A program made the translations under genes and the position numbers. DNA of 64,000 nt from Eledone cirrhosa (lineage: Eukaryota), in NCBI GenBank assembly GCA_964016885.1, contig OZ024742.1, forward strand, positions 159,526,001-159,590,000, written 5' to 3'. Under the pieces are notes generated by a model. The model was not told the origin of the DNA. It searched no databases and saw only the letters and a list, made by a program, of their open reading frames with translations. Shown one piece after another: positions 12,440 to 26,430 of the stretch; positions within the stretch are counted from its first letter, which is position 1, and every line of letters begins with the position of its first letter.

Positions 12440-13268
12440 CAAGATCTGAAAGAAAACTAAATATGATGCTTGTATACGAACAACAATGTTACATGGTAAT
12501 GAGACCTGGGCATTGTGTGCAGCGGGTCTGCACAGATTGTAAAGAAACGAAGCATGCATGCTCCGATGGATGTGTAATACACAAACAACAAAGCGTAAAC
12601 GAACTAAGTGAGGAATTAGGCATAAGAGGGATCAGATGCAGTTTACTAGAGAGATTGCATTGGTATGGTCATGCGATGCGTATGAAGGACGACAGCTATA
12701 TAAAAAAGTGCAGGGCGATCAAAATTGATGGAAGCTACGGAATAGGTAGACCCAGAAAGACCTAGGACGAGGTGATAAAAGCTGACTTTGCACACTTGAA
12801 CTCTCTAAGACAATGACACAGGATCGAGATCTTTGACGCTATGCAGTAATACAGAAGACCCACCTTCTCTTACGGCACGGACTTAAATTTACACTCAGTA
12901 GGCACCTCTTAATCCAATCCCACACCCCTACACCTCCCTTCCACTTCCGCCCACATCACCCTTACTCTGTAAAGTTATGTTGGCACACAAAACATCCCGC
13001 CCACACTGTAAAGTGGTCGTGTAGGTGTCACGACAAAAAGCACCCAGTCCATATTGTAAAGTGGTCGTGTAGGAGACATGGCCAAAAGCAACCAGTACAC
13101 ACTGTAAATGTTGTTGGCGTTGGGAAGGGCATCCAGTCGTAGAAAACCAGACAGAAACAATCCTATACGGGCGAGACACGGTCACCCAACCCAACTTGTC
13201 TCAAATGGGAAATTCCCGTCTAACCCATGCTAGCGTGGAAGATAGACGTTAAACGATGATGATGATGA
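12440..13268 (+). mobile_element. RTE LINE 3' fragment followed by an RTE-tail-type short repeat with a (GAT)n end
   Basis: LHWYGHAMRM...GRPRKT; 3' end catgctagcgtggaagatagacgttaaacgatgatgat. Confidence 0.75.
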
Positions 13269-13738
13269 TCGATGCCTTGTATACAGAGTGTATTGATATA
13301 AACAATAAATTCAATGCAAAGTTTTTCAGTTTTATCATACAGTTTTGCGAGTCTTTATTCCACTATTATTAATATTTGATACTCATAGGTTATTGTTGTT
13401 GTTTAGCAAACGACCAGCACTGATTAGCAAAATATCATCTAATTTCGAGGTGGAAGAATATAAATCAAGGAAATGTTTACTATTTCTAGCAGGCCAAGTG
13501 ACAAATTTACGTTCTAATTTCAATCCTGCCTAGGTCAACTTTGCCTTTCATTCTCAAAATATGCTGGCCTTGTGCATAAATTTGCAATATTTTCTGATAT
13601 ACTAGAGTAGAAAATAAATTAATAAAAAAAAACAAGGGAAAATACTGGACAAAAAACAATGACACTTAGAATTGAAGTGATTAGATACATTGTACGAGAA
13701 TAATTATTGAAGTGGAATATAAAAAGGAATTTACATAC

Positions 13739-14063
13739 CATCGACCTTAAAGTAAGATGTAGAGTTGCAATCTTTATCCCTTAGGTTGTTATGCAGCTTT
13801 GCGTTGTAAATTTTACATGATGTTTCGCAATAGGTAAAATAGACACCCTTTTTATTGCTCTCTGATGCACATTCTATGATAGATGTAGTAGTAATTTCAC
13901 GGTCCTGGATTGGACCAAGGAAGCATTTTGACTTGGGTATTTTTCTAAAATAGTTTTCAGTGGCTTCGTTATTAGATTCCCCAGTTTTCAAAATCATGAA
14001 ATACATAATTGTCAAAGCTTGCAGCATTTTCAGAAATAAATGATATTGATTTGATGTTTCCAT
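13739..14063 (-). CDS. Host gene first coding exon: signal peptide plus PAN/apple-like Cys-rich module
   Basis: Acceptor tttttag|GAATG at 14066 and donor GATG|gtatgt at 13738 (phase 1). Hydrophobic N-terminus LQALTIMYFMIL, then KC...SIIECA...YCETSCKIY...DC. Confidence 0.75.
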
Positions 14064-14259
14064 TCCTAAAAATATATATTTACTTATACAAAACTACAGC
14101 CGTCACTCACAATCAAGTATGATTTGGTTGTATGTACCATGCTTTCACTAAGGGTTATAGATGCTCTTGAGATAGTGAACAGACAAGACAACCTTGCGCC
14201 CATCCCTCCTTTAATCCAGTGGAACATATAGGGTGTGATATTTAGAAGGAGGGAGACCC

Positions 14260-14550
14260 AGAATACTTCTCGAATTGAGAGATCACAGCTCCGATACTAT
14301 GGACATGTGGTTAGAATGTCTCAGCAAAGAATCGCTGGACAGATTTTACGGGCAAAACCAACTGTCAAGAGACCCAGGGGTAGACCCCGAGCAAGATGGT
14401 TGGATAACATCCATGAGCTTGATTAGTCACGCTTGGGGATCCAACCGGATCAGTTGGAAATAGTTGCTTCTCACAGGACCCGCTGCAAGGAGTGTTTGAA
14501 GACTCTGCCCCCACGACCCCCTCAGGAATAAGTGGGCGAAGAAGAAGGGA

Positions 14551-14622
<72 letters not shown>
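14260..14622 (+). mobile_element. RTE LINE 3' end with (GA)n tail
   Basis: RSQLRYYGHVVRM...RPRGRPRARW; same family as 60000-60240. Confidence 0.8.
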
Positions 14623-14625
<3 letters not shown>

Positions 14626-14999
14626 AATAGCCAATGCTCTAATGTTTCAGCCAAATCGACCGCCATACACATACACACACACACACGTCTCTGCTAATGG
14701 TGTGTGTAATGAACTCATTGATTGTCGACGGATGGTTGGAATGTCTATTTATATTATTTAGTGTTTTACATAGGAAATTTATTATACTCAGGTTCCTATT
14801 CATCGCATTTATATTTCTACAAGCTTTGGACACATTAAAAAGTTTGTTTTTGTGTTTCCTAACCCAAAAAGAATTGTCATAAAATAATAACAAATTTCAA
14901 TACTCACAATAAAATAATTACATATATTCATACATACATACATACATACATGCATGCATGCATGCATGCATACATACATAACCCGAACAAGCAATGCCT

Positions 15000-15425
15000 G
15001 TGTTTGAAGATTTTTGAACATTGTAAACACTACCAGAAAAGGAGAACTGGTCGGATGCTTTCGAAGCCGCAGGGTTTTTTTTCAGAGTTTCCCTCTCTTA
15101 AAAAGGTGTTGTGACAACAGGTGGGAAAAGAAAATACTATTTGGATGGCCGAGTCCCTCCGCCCTTTGCCGGGTTTTCTATTTCATCCCGCAGGGTATCC
15201 AAATATCACCCTCCTCACCAAGCAAGCTTGGTGGGGTTGTCGGTTTAGTCGCCGACGACCCGACCATGAAACAGGTTGCACTGGCTTACATGTTACCAGT
15301 AGCACTGTAGAGCGACCTGACATACATACATACATACATACATACATACATACATACATACATACATACATACATACATACATGATGATGGCTGCCCCCT
15401 CGTTATCGAGTATGGCCATTGCACG
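15000..15425 (-). mobile_element. Interspersed repeat fragments (probably RTE-associated) around (CATA)n; paralog at 55830-56445 (+)
   Basis: Shared gctactggtaacatgtaa...catggtcgggtcgtcgg...taaaccg and atggctgcc...ttatcgagtatg motifs. Confidence 0.55.
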
Positions 15426-15511
15426 AGAAAAAAATAATAATAATAATAAATAAATAAAAATAAAATAAAAATAAAAAAAATAAAAATGTATATATATATA
15501 TATATACATAT

Positions 15512-15603
<92 letters not shown>

Positions 15604-15630
15604 ACATATACACATACATACATTAATAAC

Positions 15631-15662
<32 letters not shown>

Positions 15663-16524
15663 CAATAATAATAACGACAACAACAATAATAATATACATA
15701 TACATATATATATACACACACACGCACACACATAAGCATATCTACACACACACCCACACGATAGCAACTAACAGCGCTGCGATCGAATGTGGCTTTTTAG
15801 CCCAGCCAATGATCTAAAATCTCTTGCACAGAGTCGGCAACATACATACATACATACATACATACATACATACATACATACATACATACATACATGTTAT
15901 ATACCAACCCGCTTAGACCAAAGTATAACTGAACTTGGATCTGTGGACAAAGAGCACAGCTCCCTAATTCATAGTCTACAAATGGCTGCGACAGCTGGCA
16001 CCTTCAAAATTTGCAAAACATTCTTGCGATTCAAGGGATGACAATTTCTTTTCTATTACAACTTTGCCACCAGGAAGGTGACCGGTCAAAAATGTACTCG
16101 AAATTAGGAGAAAGAGAATCAAACACATACATACATAAAAATGGTTGTGGTCAGTCCAATACTCGGACGTGTGTAATTACTGCTTATATGAAGCCAACAC
16201 ATCATATATTGGAAAAGTTCAGCTACAGAATGTAATAAGATTATATATGAATATTTCTACATAAGGTATTTTAAAATGTAACATATCTATATAAACGTAA
16301 CATATCTATATAAACGTTACGTACATTTTGAAATATCTATACAACCCCAGCGTGGCAAACGTTACACACAAAGAAGCCAAGTAATGTATCAAAACAATTC
16401 ACCAATAACAACAACAACAATTGTAGAATTAAAAACAACCTGAAAAGGAAGATTACCCAAGCCGAGGACAACTTTGTATTTAATTCTGACAAAACTTTCT
16501 CGAAACTTGTAAAGAAATTCATCG

Positions 16525-17070
16525 TCCTGGATCATGGACTCTGAGAAGGATTTCGCCACCAGAAAGGCCCAAGCATGGTCAGCTTGCAACAAGATGGATC
16601 GATTTTGGGGCTCAAATCTTTCCAACCACACCAAGATCAGACTCTTCCAAGTGACAATTCAACCAATCTTGTTATATGGAAGTGAAACATGGACGCTTTC
16701 ATCTAAACAACAAAAGCACCTTGATGGCACTTAAACTCGCTTGCTTCAACGCATTCAGAACATAAGCTGGCGACATCTGACTTTGAGAGAGATATACGCC
16801 GGTCTCCCACGCATATCTGTCGTTGTATGTAAGAGGAGAGTAAGATTTGCTGCCCACTGCCATTGTGCCAACTACAGGGCTATGTCTCCATTGGTGCTTT
16901 GGAAACCACAAGCAATCACTAATAACAGGGGGCGCAAGCTCTCCTACCGCGAAGTCATCTCCAGAGATTCTGGCATTGAAATCCAGGACTTGGCAACGGT
17001 AATGAACGACAGACCACGTGGAGGTCAATTGTTGAGTCCATTTCGGCTGAGGCCGCCGGATGATGAGGAT
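16525..17070 (+). mobile_element. RTE-like RT C-terminal fragment
   Basis: KIRLFQVTIQPILLYGSETW...RRVRFAAHC. Confidence 0.75.
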
Positions 17071-18436
17071 TTTGAAAAATAAATACAAATATCAGTGAAT
17101 AGACAAAATTATTATGGTGAAACGTATTCGTTTCCTTCCACCACATTGTGACTACAGTCATTGAATACAATGAAGCTACGATCATAAGAAAGATATATAT
17201 GAAGCATACATTTAATCTGACCCCCAAAACTTCAGTTGTGTGCACAGGGTAAAAAATTTGTAGTAGTTCAAACATCCAGAATGTGATTTGTTCCCCAAAC
17301 ATTTATATGACCAAGCAAAATATACCATTAGATGTAAATTGATACATTTAACGGAACTGTCTGATGCAAAGCAGGCTGGCACTACACAGCCCGCCACGGA
17401 AAGCATTTATCAAACTCCCTCTACCACTGGGGGTTAGATAGCATGCTTATTTAAATTGAGCAGTACACAACACACCAACAATTTAGCTGAAATCCATATA
17501 TCTACTGTACAAACAGAAGAACACAAAAACTCGTGGACATTTTACAAGTGATCCGGGATATGCTTCAACAGGTACAGTCTTTAATTTGAGTGACAGGCCA
17601 TACAACACCAGTATAAGTGGATAGCCCTGTAAATTAGAATTGGAGGCAGTATACGAAATAACACACAATTCTTTGAAGGTCACACTGTCTAGAGGTATGA
17701 AAACAATATACAAAACCGTTAACTTTTGATATATGCCTCAGCTGTACATTGCTAGTGTATCACAAACAACTGAAGCCACGCAGTCGAGATGTGGAAGAAA
17801 CCGTCACCGAATCATCATTTTTGTTACCTGTTGTACAAACCTGGCTGGACACAGAACACTGTACAAACATTCTAAATGTTCTATAGAGTTATGAAATAAT
17901 ACATATGAATAAGCCATAGATGACAAACATCATTAAGTAATGTCAGTTTCATGAGGAGATAAAACGCCTCCATCCTTTTGAAGGAAAAAAAAAATGAGTC
18001 TATAAATCCTGGAAAACTGTAAGTCCGGTATTGAAAAAAAACAACAAAAAAACCACAAGGGATTGACACTCCAAATTCACTATTCTCCTTTTACTTTACT
18101 CCACTTTTCAAATTAAATGACACGACGGTTCAGTTATATTCAAATATTGTAAGCGCGCCCATTGAGAATATCGTTACGATGTATGCGAAAATGTAAAACA
18201 AATATTTATATCCCAGACAGAAATGTTGACTTTTATTTCTATATACTTTTTTATATATAATTGTCTGCTGGTGGATTTTGTATTTCGCTCTATATCTTCA
18301 CCATTAACAAGAGGAAGGCAACGACGACAAGAGTGACATTAACAACAACTCTACCATTAACAAGAGGAAGTCAACCCCAGCATCAGTGACTCACCTCCAG
18401 CCACAAGGTCCTATGACTGCAAGTCCGTAATACACG

Positions 18437-20340
18437 GACTGGGTGAGGAGTTTAGTCCGGTGCAACTGGGTGCCGGCGTGTCCGGTGGCTGTGAGGCGGC
18501 CGCTCATGCAACCAGGCAGTTCTTCAACAGCTGTTTATCGGAACTGGCATCCAGGAACTCCAGGCACCTCATTGTCAAGCATGACATGAGGAATGCCTTC
18601 AACTCTTTACGCCGGGATCATCTGCTCGAGGCCTGCCTCAGCCGAGCGCCCTCTGCCTACGCGCTGGCCTACCTGTCGTATGGAGCCCCGAGCATGCTCC
18701 TTGCTGCTGATACGGTCATACCCTCGGCTACTGGGGTCCAACAAGGCGACCCTTTGGGACTTCTCCTGTTCGCCCTTAGTATTGATCACATCGCCCGGAG
18801 TATCACGACCCTCTCAACGTTTGGTATCTGGATGATGCTACGTTGGGCGGGCCCGTACGGACGGTCTGCCATGAGTTCAATCGGTGGTTCCTGCCCTGGC
18901 GGGAATCGGCCACCAGGTCAACTCGGCCAAGTCGGAGGTGGTGAATGTCAGCCTCGATGCTACGAGCTTTTCAACCTCCGTCTTGGACGTGCGGTCCATT
19001 CTCCATCAGGTTCAGGTGACCCCCAAAGAGGATGTCCTCATCCTCGGGTCACCAATCCACCCGCCGGTACATCCGCTCCACCATCAGGTCCAGGCTTCAA
19101 CAACTCCAGACTCTCACGAGCCGACTCGGCTTGATTGACGGCCACCCAGCTCTCTTTCTGCTGAGGAACTGCTTCACCATGCCGAATCTCCTCTGTATCC
19201 TCCGCAGCGCTCCGTGCTACACCCAGACATCTCTCCTCGCTGACCTCGATACTTGTATCCGAGCAGCAGCCGAGGGGATATGCAACGTCAAGTTTGACGA
19301 CATAGGGTGGCAACAGGCCACTTTACCTTGTCAGGTATGGCCGCCTTAGCCTCCGGTTCCCGATTTCACTCGCTTTGCCGGCGTATCTTTCGTCGGTAAC
19401 CTTGTGCCGCGTCCTCGTCAGAAGGGTTCTTCAAAACACAACATAACCCTCTGTGTTCAGAGAACGTGAGGCCGCCTGTGTTACGTGGGACCGGCTGGAA
19501 CTTAGCCTAGTAGACGTCCCTCCTCCTTCTCCCCCTGTTTACGTCAAGTCCACCCAACGCACTTGGGATGCCATCCAGTGCAGCCTGGCCTCAGACAGGC
19601 TCACGCACCAGCTCCGCCAGCACCGCCTTGCTTGTTTTCGTGTGGCCTCCAAATCCCACAGTGGTGCCTGGCTACATGCCCTGCCCTCCTTCTCCACTGG
19701 CACGCAGCTAGACAACCATAGCCTGCGCATCGCCGTTTCTCTGAGGCTCGACCTCCGGATCTGCCAGGCACACCAATGTCGCTGCGGTTCCACCGTGGAC
19801 TCTTTCGGTCTCCACCCGCTTTCCTGTCTCCACAGTGCCGGCCGTATTCAACGCCATGCTGCCCTCAACGTGGTCATTAAGCATGGCTTGGATGCTGCAG
19901 GCTTCCCTTCCCAGCTCGAGCCGCTGAGGCTGGATCTAGGGGGCGGCAAAAGGCCAGATGGCATGACTATATTCCCGTTCCGCGGTGGCAAACCCCTCGT
20001 CTGGGATGCCACTTGCACTGACACTTTCTGCAGCCGCAACCTGGTGCAGTCTGCGACTGACCCAGGTTCTGCTGCACGTCGGGCTGAGGAGGCCAAACTC
20101 CTCAAATACCGGTCGCTCTCCGACAGGTTTGCAGTCGTACCCCTGGCAGTGGAGACTTCTGGTGTCCTCGGCTCCATGACTACCTCCTTACTCACCACCA
20201 TAGGCGCTGAGCTGGCCAGCCGCAGGTGTGAGCCCCGCGAGCTGGAGTGGCTTTTCCAGCGCGTCTCCCTTGCCATGCTCCGAGGGAAACGTCTTCTCCA
20301 TTCTGTCCGCCGGGGCTGTGGGTGGGCCCCATCGCGTATC
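18437..20340 (+). mobile_element. CRE-clade RLE retrotransposon, 5'-truncated, frameshifted
   Basis: QLGAGVSGGCEA, DMRNAFNS, GVQQGDPLG, WYLDD, CRCG...HPLSC, RHAALN, RPDG, WDATC. GC-rich. Confidence 0.85.
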
Positions 20341-20439
20341 ATTTTTGTAAATATGACAACAATCTATCAAAAAAAAAGAAGAAAGCTTGAACCAGCATGG
20401 GCACGTAACTTAACATTTTTTTTTACCTGATCGTTCTAG

Positions 20440-21540
20440 TTATGAAACATAGAACAATTTCACACAACATAAGGAAAACTTTAAAATATCTAGAGAGGCG
20501 ATTTGGAGATCCAGGATTTAAAACCCCCAATTACAAACTACACCAGCTTAAACAACAACTCACAGCTACAGCAGAAACATTAAAATATAAATCTACAGCG
20601 TATAAACGGCAAATGCTAAATGCGTTAACGTTATTTCAATGTGAAAGGCTCAATCTCTGTAAAAGATACCCCGACAAAAGATCAAGCTGAAAGCTAATAG
20701 GGAAAATGTCAAAAAGGAAATCCCCTGGCCCAGACCTCATAACAGGTTACTGGCTGGAGAATTTCATCTTTTATGTGAGAAATCTCACACGGTTGCATGG
20801 AAAAGGTATCAAAGGCACACAAGAACTGTCATGATGATTATCAGCTGTTACTACTCTCCCCATTCACCAAAATAGCCAAATTACAGTTGCTGAAAATGAC
20901 CGCCCAACAGCCTGCCAGAACATCATATGCAAATTTGCACTAGATGCTTCAATCTATTGTGTTTCCAACAACATTATAACACCCGAGCAAGCTGGGCGAA
21001 AGAAGGATGTGTGTGGCGATATAGAACAGCTACTAATCAACAAAATGCTCCAAGAAAAAACAATAAAGAATCACAGGAACCTGACGGTTGTGTGGCTAGA
21101 CTACCAGAAGGCTTTTGATAGTGAACCACGTGGGTGGATCATCGAGACTTTACAGTTAGCCAATGACACAACCACTCATAGCTGCTATCGAACGCCTGAC
21201 AAAGACTTAGTACACCACTTTGCTCTTTAGGGATGTTAAGGAACAAATTGAGTCTGATATCATTCACTATCAAAAGCGTACCTTTCGGGGTGATACTTTG
21301 TCAGTGCCGTTCTCATTAAATCCACAAAATAGAGTGAAAACAGAAATGGATCAATAAGTATCTCCCATCTTCTCTTTGTCTGAAATTGTGTGGGCCAAAT
21401 ATCAACCATATAAAAAAACATTGAATGAAATTTAGTGAGTTCAAATGTGCCCTTTTGACAATAAAACGTGGAAACGTTGTGCCTTTTCAGAAAACCTGAA
21501 AATGAACGGCTTGACTATACAATCTCTATAGTCAGGCGAC
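20440..21540 (+). mobile_element. Heavily decayed R4/Dong-like RT
   Basis: KSPGPDLITGYW, EQLLINK, WLDYQKAFDS. Confidence 0.7.
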
Positions 21541-22832
21541 AGCAGTATCATGGCTAACAACAACAAAAGAATATATATTCTTTAGAAACGTTTGAACAAT
21601 CACATTACTTCAATTGATTAGACTTCAATTCTACTAATTAATAATGTTGGTCTAATCAATTATAATGCTGGTCCAAATAATTATTCAAGTTAATCTCATT
21701 AATATTCAAGATAAACCAATTATTTATCGTGTTAATTTAACTCATTGTCTAGATTAATTAATTCATCGTGTTATTTCAATTTAATCGCGTGAGTTTAATC
21801 GAGGTATTCTGACCACACATCCATAGTATCGGAGCCGTGAATACCTAATTGAAGATAGCGAGTTGGGCTTTTACACCTACCCACTTCTTTTGGTGACCAA
21901 ATGCGGTAGCTGGCACATTACTGCACCAGTTCCTGCAATTATTGCACTTAATTCAGCCTCCTGCCTTCCATCTCTCAGGATCGCGGCCCTGAGATACTTG
22001 AACATTTCCTCCTAGTTCAGTGGAATTCAGTTTCCGACGACGAGTGTTCCTGTTGATTCAATCAACAGAACTGCCTACTCGTGAATTTAACGTGTTAGTA
22101 GCTGAGCGTTCCACAGACGTTTTTGCAGCACTGATTTTCATTGCAGCCGAATGGTCTTGAGTAATATTACTTATCAATTTTATGTTTCTGGGAACGCAGC
22201 CATTATATATACAAGAAATGTTGACTCCAGAAAGCACAGTCTGTTTCTTCGCTCCGTCACAGGTAGTTCCGACCTATGTGGTCGGCTGTTCAAGCCCCGT
22301 ATATCCACTTCAACTAAGGTTAGTAGAATTCACTACTTTTAAATTCTGTATTCACACACACAATCCAACCACTCCAACACACTGCAAATATACGTGTTCT
22401 ATGTATAAAACAAAACCCTTCCGTTCATTACTGATTAGGGAGTAAATCTTGAAACCAATAAAAACGTAAAAATTAGCGGTGTCTTCTTTATTTGTAAATT
22501 TAGATTAATGTGATTGGGGAAAATCATCTTCTCCGTTACAATATCACATCACCACAACAAGTGACTACAACGACTGGTTTCCTCTAATATAGCAAAGCTT
22601 TACAGCAACAAAAAGTGAATCCCTAAGGAAAATTTGACACCATGTGCATCGAATGAATCCAAAAGGGCAGCCTTGTAAAATTAGTTAAAATCATCCTAAT
22701 TTTCTCTTACAGAAGGAACCTTTTTTTCATTTTGTCATGCACTCTATAGAAAAAAAAGAAAAAATTCCGAGACATCGAAATTAACATAGAAAACGCTTTT
22801 TTATTTCGTATGTCTAAAGAAAATGGCAGACT

Positions 22833-24529
22833 TCCATTAGGAGGAACATAGAATACTTGCTGGCATTTCAAATTTATCTATCTGACTTCATATATCTCAA
22901 GATCACGACAACGAAATATCTGAGGGGGATATTGAAGCAGTTGCTCAAGCAGTCATATATAGCTGTGGTATATATCTAATCTGTCAACTCTCCCTGCCCG
23001 ACGGGGAGATCTCCCGTTTTGGATCATTTTTCTCTGTCTCCCCGTTTTTGTGAAAATGGGGAGACAGGAAAAAAATGATCCAAAATGGGAGATCTCCCCG
23101 TTTTTGTGAAAATGGAGCATTTTTTTTCACAGTGCTTCCCATTTAAGCTTTTAGGGGTTGGCAGGTCTGATATATTGACTTCGTGACGGCTTTCGATAAT
23201 ATTGTCATCTAATCAGGCACAAATAACTAATTTCCTCCTAATTATCGCTGCGATGAAATATTTATATTTACAAAAAAATAAGAAACGTGAGCATGAAAAA
23301 GTTTAAAGAGTGACGTGAAACAGAAAATCTGGACAATGTTGGAGTATGTAGGTTCCTATCCACGTGTAGACACTATATTACATTATTTAGAGGAAGTGTT
23401 CTATACAACTATTTTGGTTGGAACACCGTCGCTTTCGACAACGAGTGTTCCTGTTGATTCAATCAACGGAACTGACTACTAGGGATTTTAACAAGTTGGT
23501 AGCTGAGCATTCCACAGCCGTGTGCACACTTAACATAGTTCTCTGGGAGATTCAGCATGACATAATGTGTGACAAGGCTATCTTCTTGAATTAAAGGTAT
23601 AACCTATTTCTGCCATGTGAGAGAAATGGAGCAACATGAAATAAAGCGTTCTGCTCAATGGCACAATACGTCGCTTTGGCCGAGAATCGAACTCTCGACT
23701 TTGAGATCTTAAGCTGTACATTCTAAACACAAAGCCATCTCACAAGCATAGTTACGATGTATTATTTCAGAAACCTTGGTATTGTTGTTATTGTTATTCA
23801 GTATAGTTAAACATGTTTATATAGAAATGTTTATATAGAAATGTTAATTTCTGACATTGGTACAAAGTCACAGTTTTATGTAGGAAGAAATATAGTTAAG
23901 TAAACGAAATAGAAATCTGAATAGAAATGGATTTTCACCGGTTTTAATGGTGCTTCTTCTCGCACAGTCTGCTATTAGCTGACACTCTACAGACACGATT
24001 GTCGAATTCTCAGTGAGATTAAGCATGATGTAGTGTTAGACAAGGCTTCCTAACAATTTCGTCAAATCAATTTCTCTCAAGCAGCTTGAATAAACCCGAG
24101 GCTATGGTAAATGAACCTTACATAAGATATTATGTAGTGGGATCGAAACGACAGGAAGTCCAAGTAAATCTCTGTCTCTATCTGACACACACACACTCAC
24201 TCCCTCTACATTTCTCTCATTCATATTGAAATAATTGTTTCTACTTTTGGCAGAAGGCCAGCAATTAATCAGTGCATTACTGGTACTTTATTTCATCGAC
24301 CCCGCAAGAATGAAAGGCAGAGTTAACCTCGGCGGGATTTCAACTCAGAATGTAAAGGGTCATAACTCCATGCTAGAAAGCAAGGTGTCTGACGCTCTAC
24401 CGAAATTGCCAATCCACCGCCCTCATACTGAAATAATGGTAATTCAGAAGCAATGACACCGCAAGCCAGTTTCAATAGTTTCAAACTCATTATTATTAAA
24501 ACAATTATAGTCGTTCTCTCTCTCTCTCC

Positions 24530-24560
<31 letters not shown>

Positions 24561-24613
24561 CCTCTCTCTCCCCCCACTCTCTCTCTCTTTCTCTCTCCCT
24601 CTCTCTCCCCCCA

Positions 24614-24645
<32 letters not shown>

Positions 24646-25379
24646 TAGCAATAATTCACTTACTTTTAAGAGCCATTACTGTTACTATGTTGACACGTAA
24701 AATTCAGTTGCAGGTGAAATTTGTCCAATCTGAGGTGTTTTCCTACAAACAATGCTGTTTACTTTCGTTCAATCATGATTATCCTGGAAGGTATAATGTC
24801 AGGAGCTTTTCACAGATTTATGAAGCCAGTTGATTTTTTGTTTATATTGTCTTTGAAAAAGATGACTTTGTTGATAAAACAATAGATTATATAGCCAGCT
24901 TTATTACAATGTTGTTTAAACAGGATCAGGAACTTGTATTTGTTATTCAAACTTATCTACAGTTTTATCCACCAATCTTCACTAATAAACCTATCAATAC
25001 GAAGTACTTATATTTATACAACTGGTGAACAAAAGGAAGTTAGGTCATTATTATCGCATATCGATAGATTTCAACTGGTTTCTTTATTTCTATTTTCACT
25101 GGATAAATTATTCTCAAAGCTGTCGAAAGAGGTGTGGTCAATGACATAAAGTAGGCGGGGTAAAATCTTGGTGAATTGAAGGCACAATTTAGTTTGTAGT
25201 TTGGATTGAAGCTAACTTTACTAAGGTCCTTGAGAAATGCACGAACGTTCCAGATTTTCATTTTAATTAGTAAACTAAATTCTTTATAGCTTTTTTAGTT
25301 TTAATATTGTAACATACGCATTTAAATTTAAATTGAAAAAAGTACCAGTAATATATTAAGGTTGGTTTTATTCAATGTA
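22833..25379 (+). repeat. Left arm of an inverted segmental duplication (partner 56920-59199)
   Basis: Long near-identical reverse-complement match, e.g. ORF 24934-25149 versus 57184-57399. Contains SINEs, a MITE and (CT)n. Confidence 0.9.
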
Positions 25380-25839
25380 TATCTCCCTTTTATTTTAGAA
25401 TGAAAATTAGACACATTGGGCTATATGTTAACAAACAGCTATGATATCGAACGTTCCAGATTTTCATTTTAATTAGTAAACTAACTTCTTTATAGTTTTT
25501 AGTTTTAATATTTCAACTTATGCATTTATATTTGGTCAGAGTTACATTTACTTTTAATCTCAGCTTTACTTCCAATTGATAAAGGTACCAGTAATATATG
25601 ATTGGTGCTATTCAAAGTTGATCTCCCATTTATTTTAGAATGAAAATTATACACACAGGGCCATGGTAACGAACGCTTTCCCGTTAATTTAGTAATGAAT
25701 AAAATCATGTCAGTGAACAATGCCCTTACAAAAACAACAAATTAACAAAGCATTTTGAGATATATAATAAATGACTGATAAGTTTCAAAAAGCCGGTACA
25801 ATGCGGTAGAAATATATAAAGGGTAAAAGGTGACAAATA

Positions 25840-26430
25840 AAATAAAGCATAGTAGTGTTTGACCCATTATATTTCAACATATTTCAAGACTACCACCCTC
25901 TTTTGAAATGTGAAACGGAAGCGGTTCAAAATAAAAACGAACGATCGATGTGTTCTTTCTTAACGTGTCTCGTGTCTGAAGTACACGTACGAGGAATCCT
26001 TATGGTACCCAGTCTTCGTCCATTTCCAATCCATTATTTATCTGTCTTTTCTTGTTCATGACAATGGCTTCTTTGATTCTTAAATTACCCACATCCCTTT
26101 CTGTCGCCTCTATGGTAACCCCTATGTCTTGGCCACGGCATCTATCAAAAGGTTTTTTGACAGAAGCTCTCATCGGCATGTGCTCCTTGATCCGTATGTG
26201 AGACATCCGGAGCGTTCTTCTAATGTAAGAGGAGCTACATTTTTTACATGTCCTTGTAGACCACATACGCTCTTATGCATACTTCTGCGTTGTTAGTGTG
26301 CTCATATCATTGTATGTAGGCCGGTGTCTGTAGAGTAGTCTCCTCAATGAAGTTCCCGGAAAGAGGATAATAGCCCTGAAATATCATGTTGAAATATATT
26401 GGGTAAAACATTACTTAATTTTGTTTTATT
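25840..26430 (-). mobile_element. PLE GIY-YIG fragment flanked by about 65-bp degenerate inverted repeats
   Basis: CKKCSSSYI..T.R...RIKEH...LRIKEAI. 25840-25905 mirrors 26360-26430. Confidence 0.65.

Noticed and set aside
16483-16516. CUGACAA...GAAA cuug UA
   Set aside because: Non-compensated core and poor stems.
17090-17900. Coding-looking hydrophobic ORFs
   Set aside because: No recognisable motif or consistent splice sites.
24700-25150. Possible LRR pseudogene in the duplicated arm
   Set aside because: Only vague periodic leucines with several stops; would need a profile search.
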